Shown here in pieces: positions 49,580 to 55,799 of a stretch of 55,799 bases of DNA. The position numbers and the translations under genes were made by a program. Location: positions 1 through 55,799 of the forward strand of contig CAZCCC010000002.1 of assembly GCA_964497245.1 (NCBI GenBank), written 5' to 3'. A model generated the notes under the pieces. It did not search any database and had not been told where the DNA came from. It saw only the letters and a program-made list of their open reading frames with translations. Source of the stretch: an uncultured Gammaproteobacteria bacterium. GTDB lineage: Bacteria; Patescibacteriota; Patescibacteriia; Buchananbacterales; UBA6539. Each line of letters starts with the position of its first letter. Position 1 is the first letter of the stretch.

Positions 49580-50949
49580 ACCATTATTTTTTTTATTTCC
49601 TCTTTATAAATATTAATAACTTTACTCCTAATTTCTTTTGGAATTGTTGCTACTTTATTTATTATTAAAAATTTCTTTTTTAGTTCTGACTGCCGGCTTT
49701 TGGCTTCTTTAAGATATACTTTTTCAAATAAAGAAATTAGATCACCTTTTATTCCCCGTTGAAAGGCTAAAAAAAATGCCAGCAGCTGTTCGTCTCTTAC
49801 CGCCTTTGGTTTTTCATAAGCCCTGTTTATTAAAGGATTAAACAAAGGATAAAACCTTTTATATTTCAGCTTGAAAAAATCTTGATTAAAACCAATTTGG
49901 CTTGCTGTTCCACCACAAGCGATAAAATAAAGAAAAGCTTTAGCACACATCGGACAATCATAGCACCATTTGTCGCAATTATTTTTTGGCGAACAAGACA
50001 TTAAATAAGGAAGCAAATAAGAATAACGATTCCGCAAAATTGCCATTTCAACGATATTATATATCGGCTCAACTAAACTGACAATTTGGACGCTGTTTTT
50101 AGTTATTTTTTTAAGATTCTGATTTGTTTTTTTTGAATAAAAAATGCTTTGATCAAAAGATGGATAAACCTTTTTTCCATCCTTTTTAAAATAATCGGAA
50201 AAATTAGCTTCATTTCCAAAAATAATATATTTTGCTCCAAAGCTTTTGACAAAAGGAATCAACTCAAGGGAAAAAGCAAGCATTCCGTTAGTATTTTCCA
50301 GTTCCGCTATATTTTTTTTAAAGCTTCCATTTAAAAATACATTGTCAGCACCGTCAAAGAGGTAATTGATCTGCAATTTCTCTTTTTTTGAAAATTCCTT
50401 AATTATCTTTTTTTTAAAAAACTCTTCAGGATCATTCAAATTATTCTTATCCATTACATAAATAGGATAAATTTTTAAACCCAGCTCTTTGGCTATACCA
50501 TAAGAAAGCAAGCTGTCTTTCCCAAAAGACAATGCTAAAACTGCCTTATTTTGACTCGTCTGCCATGAAAAAATTTTATTTTTATCTTCAATTTTTTTTT
50601 GAAATTGTTCTAAATTGCCACTTTTTTCAAACTGCTTTATAATCTTATTGGCATTTAATTTTTCAAAAAAAGCAATCCGGGGCAGATCCTTTTTTATTCC
50701 ATAATCAATAAAATCTTTCAAATCCGGCTTTGAAAAATTATAAGAAAGCGACTTTCCAGAAACAAGACAAAGCGGTTTTGTCCGACAATAAACAAAATTA
50801 GCGACTAAAATATCTCTGAAATCCTTTGGCAAGGCAGAAAAAATTCCCTTCGAATATTGAACAAAATAATTTTTACCTAAAATATTAAAACCAAAGCTGT
50901 CTTCTTTTTGAAAACCTATAATTTCCAGGCATCTTTTTTTGGCAAGCAT
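49576..50949 (-). CDS. MurL-like / PP-loop ATP-dependent enzyme
   Basis: LALSFGKDSLL PP-loop, FGNE and WCYDCPMCAK (compare MurL GGKDS and WCG.CPKC as recalled). Stop overlaps the next ATG. Start at 50949 or 50955. Confidence 0.65.
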   Translation of the reverse strand: MLAKKRCLEIIGFQKEDSFGFNILGKNYFVQYSKGIFSALPKDFRDILVANFVYCRTKPLCLVSGKSLSYNFSKPDLKDFIDYGIKKDLPRIAFFEKLNANKIIKQFEKSGNLEQFQKKIEDKNKIFSWQTSQNKAVLALSFGKDSLLSYGIAKELGLKIYPIYVMDKNNLNDPEEFFKKKIIKEFSKKEKLQINYLFDGADNVFLNGSFKKNIAELENTNGMLAFSLELIPFVKSFGAKYIIFGNEANFSDYFKKDGKKVYPSFDQSIFYSKKTNQNLKKITKNSVQIVSLVEPIYNIVEMAILRNRYSYLLPYLMSCSPKNNCDKWCYDCPMCAKAFLYFIACGGTASQIGFNQDFFKLKYKRFYPLFNPLINRAYEKPKAVRDEQLLAFFLAFQRGIKGDLISLFEKVYLKEAKSRQSELKKKFLIINKVATIPKEIRSKVINIYKEEIKKIMV

Positions 50950-51120
50950 TCGCAATTTTTATATTAAAACTATATGGATAAATTATAATTGATTTTGCTA
51001 AAAATTACAATTAAAAAAAACTAAGCAGATCTTTAACCAAAATAATAATTAATATAACCTAACATCTTTTTATGAATTTAAAACTAAACAATATTATTCT
51101 AAATCAGACACAAAATTTGT

Positions 51121-51149
51121 TTGTATTATGCTAAATTTTATGTTATAAT
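51121..51149 (+). promoter_or_regulatory. Sigma70-type promoter for the P-type ATPase
   Basis: TTGTAT, 17 nt, TATAAT, with an extended TG. Confidence 0.55.
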
Positions 51150-51212
51150 AAAAACAAATAAATTAATTAAGGAGTGGCTCATATCTTGCGCCATCAATAA
51201 AAATCCAAAAAA

Positions 51213-53888
51213 ATGAAACAAAATTGGTATTCAAAATTGCCGGCTGAAATATTTGAAGAAATTAAAACTACAGAACACGGCTTAACCGAAAAAGAAGCCT
51301 TATACCGACTGGAAAAATTCGGACCAAATAAGCTGCCTGAGGCCAAGGCTGACACTTTATTTAAAATCTTTATTAATCAATTTAAAAGCCCGCTAATCTA
51401 TATTTTAATGATCGCCAGCGTGGTGTTTTTTTTAATGCACGAATACGCCGATGCTTTCATTATATTATTAATCTTATCTTTTAATGCCATTGTCGGCACC
51501 TTTCAGGAAGGAAAAGCCCAAAATACTCTTTTATCCCTGAAGAAATTTGCCAATACCAGTGCTACTGTCTTGAGGGAAGGTAAAGAGTTGATAGTCCCCT
51601 CTGAAGAAGTGGTAGTTGGAGATATTATTATTTTACAAGAAGGGGAAAAAATTCCGGCTGATGCCAGGGTAATTCTTTCACACAATCTTAAAGTTGATGA
51701 AGCAGTTTTAACCGGCGAATCCGAACCAATCTATAAGATAGTTGAACCTATAAAAAAACCTAAGATTGAAATCACCGAACAAAAAAATATGATCTTCAGC
51801 GGCACTCATATATCTTCAGGAAGTGGACAGGCTTTGGTAGTGGCAACCGGCTCAAAGACTTTTATCGGACAAATAGCAAAAGAAATTGAAAACATTGATA
51901 CGGAAATACCATTAAAGGCCAACATTAGGCAACTCTCAAAAATGATTATTGTAGCAGTTGTCGTTATTTGTATTTCTTTGTTTATTTTTGGTATAGCAAC
52001 GGGAAAACCGCTGAAAGATATGTTTTTAACAATGATGTCTTTATGTATATCTGTAATCCCGGCAGGGCTGCCGATTGTTATGACTTTAGTTTTGGCTGCC
52101 GGTGTCTGGCGTATGAGCAAAAGAAATGCCCTGGTAAAAAGACTTCAGGCAGTTGAGGCTTTAGGTCAGGCTAAAATTATAGCGGTTGACAAAACCGGCA
52201 CAGTGACAAAAAATGAACTGATTGTAAAAAATATTTTTGTTAATAATAAAATTTTTAATGTACAAGGTGTAGGTTATGACCCGACAGGTGAAATAATTTT
52301 AAATGATAAAATAGTCAACCCTATTGATTATCCGGAACTTACATTAATTGGCAAAATTTCGGCTTTTTGCTCAAATGCCAGAGTAATGTTTGATGAAGAA
52401 AATGATCAATGGAAAATCAGCGGAGATCCAACTGAAGCAGCAATGCTCATAATGTCAAAAAAACTAGGCTATAATAAAGAAGATCTAAATAAAAAATATC
52501 CGTTGATGAATGAAGTTCCTTTTGACTACAAACTTAAATACCATGCCACTGTACAAAATATGGGAAAAGAAAAAATGCTCTCAGTAGTCGGAGCACCTGA
52601 AGTAATTTTTAACCGATCATCAAAAATCTGGGAAAATGGCAAGGGAAAAAAATTAACCGAAGAAAAGAAAAAAGAACTGGAAAAATATTTCATTAAAATG
52701 TCGCAGAAAGGTTTAAGAATAATTGCGGTTGCTCAAAAAAAAGTAAAAAATGACGAAATAGACAAAGAAAAACTCGGGGATCTTGTTTTTGTTGGGATGC
52801 TTTCAATGAGTGATACTTTGCGGCCGGAAGTTTTTGACGCAATGAATCAGGCTTCTCTGGCCGGAATAAAGGTTGTAATGATTACCGGCGACCACAAAAT
52901 TACTGCTCAGACGATAGCTAAAGAAGCGGGAATATACAAACAAGGAGATATAGTATTAACCGGGGAAGAAATGGATAATTTAAGCGAAGAAAAACTTGCT
53001 AAAATTTTAGACAAAGTAACTGTTTTTGCCAGATTTACTCCTGATAGAAAATTACAGATTATAAAAGCTTACAAAGCCAAAGGTATTATTGTGGCAATGA
53101 CCGGAGACGGGGTAAATGATGCGCCTTCTTTGGTAGCCGCTGATTTGGGGGTGGCAATGGGTAAAATAGGAACTGAAGTAGCAAAAGAGGCTTCGGATAT
53201 AATTTTACTTGATGATAATTTCGGAAGCATAGTTTCGGCAATTGAAGAAGGACGAAGTATTTATAAAACAATAAAAAAAGTCGTTTTATACCTTTTTTCT
53301 ACCGGCATCGGCGAAGTCCTGATAATTAGCGCCGCATTAGTAATGAGGATTCCCGTACCAATACTGCCTGCCCAAATAATTTGGCTCAATTTTGTCACAG
53401 ACGGGTTTTTAGATGTTGCTTTAGGGATGGAGCCAAAAGAAGAAGGCTTATTGACTAAGAAATTCTCCAAACCCAAAAAATATTTAATTGACAAGTTTAT
53501 GTCTTTAAGAATTTTTCTAATGGGTTCAACAATGGCAATAGGCACAATCTTTATATTCCTACCCAGATATCAGCAAGACTTTTACCATGCATTAACAATG
53601 TCTTTTACTGCTATGGCTATTTTTCAATGGTTTAACGCTTGGAATTGCCGATCTGACGAAAAATCAATTTTTCAAGTTAATCCCTTTTCCAATAAATTTT
53701 TATTGGTGGCCACTCCAACAGTGGTAATCCTGCAGTTATTTGCTATCTATAATCCTTTCATGCAAAAAGTTCTAACCACTACTCCGCTCAATTTAAATGA
53801 TTGGATTTTGATAATAATGGTTGTTTTATCAATTGTCTTGGTTGAAGAAACAAGAAAGTTTGCTTTTAAAATCCTAAAGAAAAATTAA
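51213..53888 (+). CDS. P-type cation-transporting ATPase (IIA-like)
   Basis: TGES, DKTGT, GDPTE, MITGD, TGDGVNDAP and QIIWLNFVTD. Confidence 0.96.
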   Translation: MKQNWYSKLPAEIFEEIKTTEHGLTEKEALYRLEKFGPNKLPEAKADTLFKIFINQFKSPLIYILMIASVVFFLMHEYADAFIILLILSFNAIVGTFQEGKAQNTLLSLKKFANTSATVLREGKELIVPSEEVVVGDIIILQEGEKIPADARVILSHNLKVDEAVLTGESEPIYKIVEPIKKPKIEITEQKNMIFSGTHISSGSGQALVVATGSKTFIGQIAKEIENIDTEIPLKANIRQLSKMIIVAVVVICISLFIFGIATGKPLKDMFLTMMSLCISVIPAGLPIVMTLVLAAGVWRMSKRNALVKRLQAVEALGQAKIIAVDKTGTVTKNELIVKNIFVNNKIFNVQGVGYDPTGEIILNDKIVNPIDYPELTLIGKISAFCSNARVMFDEENDQWKISGDPTEAAMLIMSKKLGYNKEDLNKKYPLMNEVPFDYKLKYHATVQNMGKEKMLSVVGAPEVIFNRSSKIWENGKGKKLTEEKKKELEKYFIKMSQKGLRIIAVAQKKVKNDEIDKEKLGDLVFVGMLSMSDTLRPEVFDAMNQASLAGIKVVMITGDHKITAQTIAKEAGIYKQGDIVLTGEEMDNLSEEKLAKILDKVTVFARFTPDRKLQIIKAYKAKGIIVAMTGDGVNDAPSLVAADLGVAMGKIGTEVAKEASDIILLDDNFGSIVSAIEEGRSIYKTIKKVVLYLFSTGIGEVLIISAALVMRIPVPILPAQIIWLNFVTDGFLDVALGMEPKEEGLLTKKFSKPKKYLIDKFMSLRIFLMGSTMAIGTIFIFLPRYQQDFYHALTMSFTAMAIFQWFNAWNCRSDEKSIFQVNPFSNKFLLVATPTVVILQLFAIYNPFMQKVLTTTPLNLNDWILIIMVVLSIVLVEETRKFAFKILKKN

Positions 53889-53899
53889 TTTCAAAATAG

Positions 53900-53919
53900 A
53901 ATAAAGGGTATTAACCCTT
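53900..53919. repeat. 20-bp repeat AATAAAGGGTATTAACCCTT, copy 2
   Basis: Identical to 27596-27615 and in the same orientation. Confidence 0.85.
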
Positions 53920-53957
53920 ATTAACTCTACGTCGCCAATAAAAGCTTTCTGTCAAAT

Positions 53958-55238
53958 ATGCATTCAATAAAACAAAAAATAAAAAAACTGGTGCCTGCTC
54001 CAATACTTAATTGGTATCATTTTTTTATGTCTTTACTTGCAACAATAATTTTCTGCTACCCTTCAAGAAAAATAAAAGTTATCGGAGTAACCGGCACAAA
54101 CGGTAAGTCAACAGTAGTGATGATGGTTTCCAAAATTCTAGAGGAAGCCGGATATAAAATTGCCACATCTTCTTCTGTAGAATTCCAGATAGGCGAAAAA
54201 AAATGGGCAAACAATCTGAGAATGACAATGCCCGGCAGATTTTCCCTGCAAAAATTTTTAAGGAAAGCTGCCTCAAAAAATTGCCAATACGCAGTAGTTG
54301 AGGTAAGTTCCGAAGGCATAAAGCAACACCGGCATCGGTTTATAAACTTTACTGCGGCCATCTTGACAAACGTTACTGCTGAACATTTGGAATCACACGG
54401 TGGCTTTAAAAACTATTTATCAGCCAAAGGCGAATTGTTCCGCCTTAATAAAAATATCCACATTATAAATTATGAGGATTCTAATTTTGAATATTTTGCC
54501 GGTTTTAAAGCCAAAAAAAAATATATATATGGTATAAAACCAAAAAATGAAAAAAATAAAACAGTTTTTGTTTTATTTCCAGGTCAACTTAAGAATCTTA
54601 CTGAGGGTTCAATGTTTAATTTAAATGGATTGGAATTTAAATTAAACTTGCTTGGAGAATTTAATATATATAATGCCTTGTCGGCAATCTGTTTAGGCCT
54701 ATCTCAAAATATAAGCCTTGAAACATGTAAAAATGCTTTAGTAAAAATAAAATCAATGTCTGGACGGATGGAACAGGTAATTTCAAAACCAATAAAAGTT
54801 TTTATTGATTATGCGGTAACTCCTGATTCACTGGAAAAAGCTTATCTGACATTAAAAAATAATTTTCAAGAAAAAAGGTTAATTTGTATTCTCGGCTCCT
54901 GCGGAGGAGGCAGGGACAAATGGAAAAGACCTATTTTGGGGAAAATAGCCTCAAAATATTGTGATAAAATCATTATAACAAATGAAGATCCTTATGATGA
55001 AAATCCTGTCAAGATTATTAATGAAATAGCTGAGGAAAACAAATTGGCTGAAAAAATAATTGACCGGCGGGAAGCAATACATAAAGCCTTAAAATCAGCA
55101 AAAGATGGAGATGTCGTAATCATTACAGGAAAAGGAACGGAAAACTCAATGTGTCTAGATCATGGGAAAAAAATTGATTGGAATGATAAACGAGTTGTAA
55201 TTGAAGAATTCAAAAAAATATCTGAACAATTCAACTAA
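53958..55238 (+). CDS. murE: Mur ligase, MurE-type (UDP-MurNAc-tripeptide synthetase)
   Basis: GVTGTNGKST, EVSSEG, TN...EHL..H, GRME, DYAVTPD, GGGRDKWKRP, NEDPY and GKGTE. Confidence 0.9.
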   Translation: MHSIKQKIKKLVPAPILNWYHFFMSLLATIIFCYPSRKIKVIGVTGTNGKSTVVMMVSKILEEAGYKIATSSSVEFQIGEKKWANNLRMTMPGRFSLQKFLRKAASKNCQYAVVEVSSEGIKQHRHRFINFTAAILTNVTAEHLESHGGFKNYLSAKGELFRLNKNIHIINYEDSNFEYFAGFKAKKKYIYGIKPKNEKNKTVFVLFPGQLKNLTEGSMFNLNGLEFKLNLLGEFNIYNALSAICLGLSQNISLETCKNALVKIKSMSGRMEQVISKPIKVFIDYAVTPDSLEKAYLTLKNNFQEKRLICILGSCGGGRDKWKRPILGKIASKYCDKIIITNEDPYDENPVKIINEIAEENKLAEKIIDRREAIHKALKSAKDGDVVIITGKGTENSMCLDHGKKIDWNDKRVVIEEFKKISEQFN

Positions 55239-55288
55239 AATATTTCAGATACCATTTTATATAATAATTAATAATTAATCTTAACATT

Positions 55289-55723
55289 ATGCGCTATCAA
55301 TATTTTTGGCTTGTAGCAATTATACTGACATTGCCTATAATTGCACTTTTACTGGGACCAACTGCTTTTTCACAAATAGATTCCTCGCTAATTGTGACAA
55401 CTGATGATTTGAGCGCCGCCGGCTTTACTAATCCACGTGCAGTACAGGCCAAAGGTTCTGTCTCGCCGACAGTTTACTATTTTGAAGTGGAAGAAAACTC
55501 AGCAACTAGAAATCCTGACTGGGGAAGTGTCTCAAATCTTGTTGCTGTCACCATTCAAAAAACAACCAACCCTGAATGGCTATACAATGAAGGAATGATA
55601 GAAATAATTGATATTAAAGGACGAACTCAGGCTAGAATTTCCCGTCCAGGCTACTACATTGCAGTGACCGGCCCCGATGTCCAGAAAGTTACTGCATTGG
55701 CAGAAAATATTGCAAAAAAATAA
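55289..55723 (+). CDS. Hypothetical exported or membrane-anchored protein
   Basis: 144-aa ORF with an N-terminal hydrophobic signal. Confidence 0.75.
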   Translation: MRYQYFWLVAIILTLPIIALLLGPTAFSQIDSSLIVTTDDLSAAGFTNPRAVQAKGSVSPTVYYFEVEENSATRNPDWGSVSNLVAVTIQKTTNPEWLYNEGMIEIIDIKGRTQARISRPGYYIAVTGPDVQKVTALAENIAKK

Positions 55724-55774
55724 GGCAAAAAAATGGTAATAACCGCAGGGCAAGCTCCGCCCACTTCTTTTGCA

Positions 55775-55795
55775 GTCCCGACGTAAAGTCGGGAC
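55775..55795. repeat. Palindrome GTCCCGAC-GTAAA-GTCGGGAC
   Basis: 8-bp perfect arms at the window edge. Confidence 0.7.
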
Positions 55796-55799
55796 GGGG

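Noticed and set aside
1-55799. Integrase, transposase, prophage or complete rRNA/tRNA genes
   Set aside because: None recognised in the ORF track or by reading the intergenic regions.

Overview
AT-rich bacterial window that looks like Patescibacteria/CPR, probably Parcubacteria. This assignment is inferred from core genes lacking Shine-Dalgarno (SD) sequences, a type IV pilus locus, a MurE with an EDPY motif, and dispersed short GC-rich palindromes. The left ~27 kb is mostly housekeeping: metG 5' end, rsmI, an M23 peptidase, uvrB-uvrA-uvrC, a TrxB-like reductase, DJ-1/PfpI, a type IV pilus operon, EamA, a riboflavin-kinase-only protein and an ABC exporter. The pilus operon includes a PilM-INLLP-TM-2xSH3 fusion and a 964-aa Cys-repeat pilin. 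From ~27.6 to ~53.9 kb lies a mosaic accessory block bracketed by an identical 20-bp direct repeat. It holds: (i) sbnA/sbnB L-2,3-diaminopropionate (Dap) genes with an MBL hydrolase and a nonsense-interrupted APH-like kinase; (ii) a higher-GC three-gene unit made of a 90-aa unknown, an archaeal-type non-discriminating AspRS, and a stand-alone catalytic domain of the methanogen-type Zn SerRS with altered substrate-pocket residues; (iii) a histidine kinase carrying an in-frame palindromic insertion; (iv) a higher-GC unit with a UbiE-like methyltransferase, a Rossmann-fold protein and a FadL/OmpP1 beta-barrel split by one TGA; (v) an operon of a MurL-like enzyme, a double ATP-grasp, an ATP-grasp, a zincin and a PLP decarboxylase; and (vi) a P-type ATPase with PEGL changed to PAGL. 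The strongest candidates for an undescribed system are the aaRS/aaRS-like cassette and the Dap plus ATP-grasp amide-ligation set around it. All family calls come from motif recognition by eye, no searches were run, and GC statements are visual estimates.
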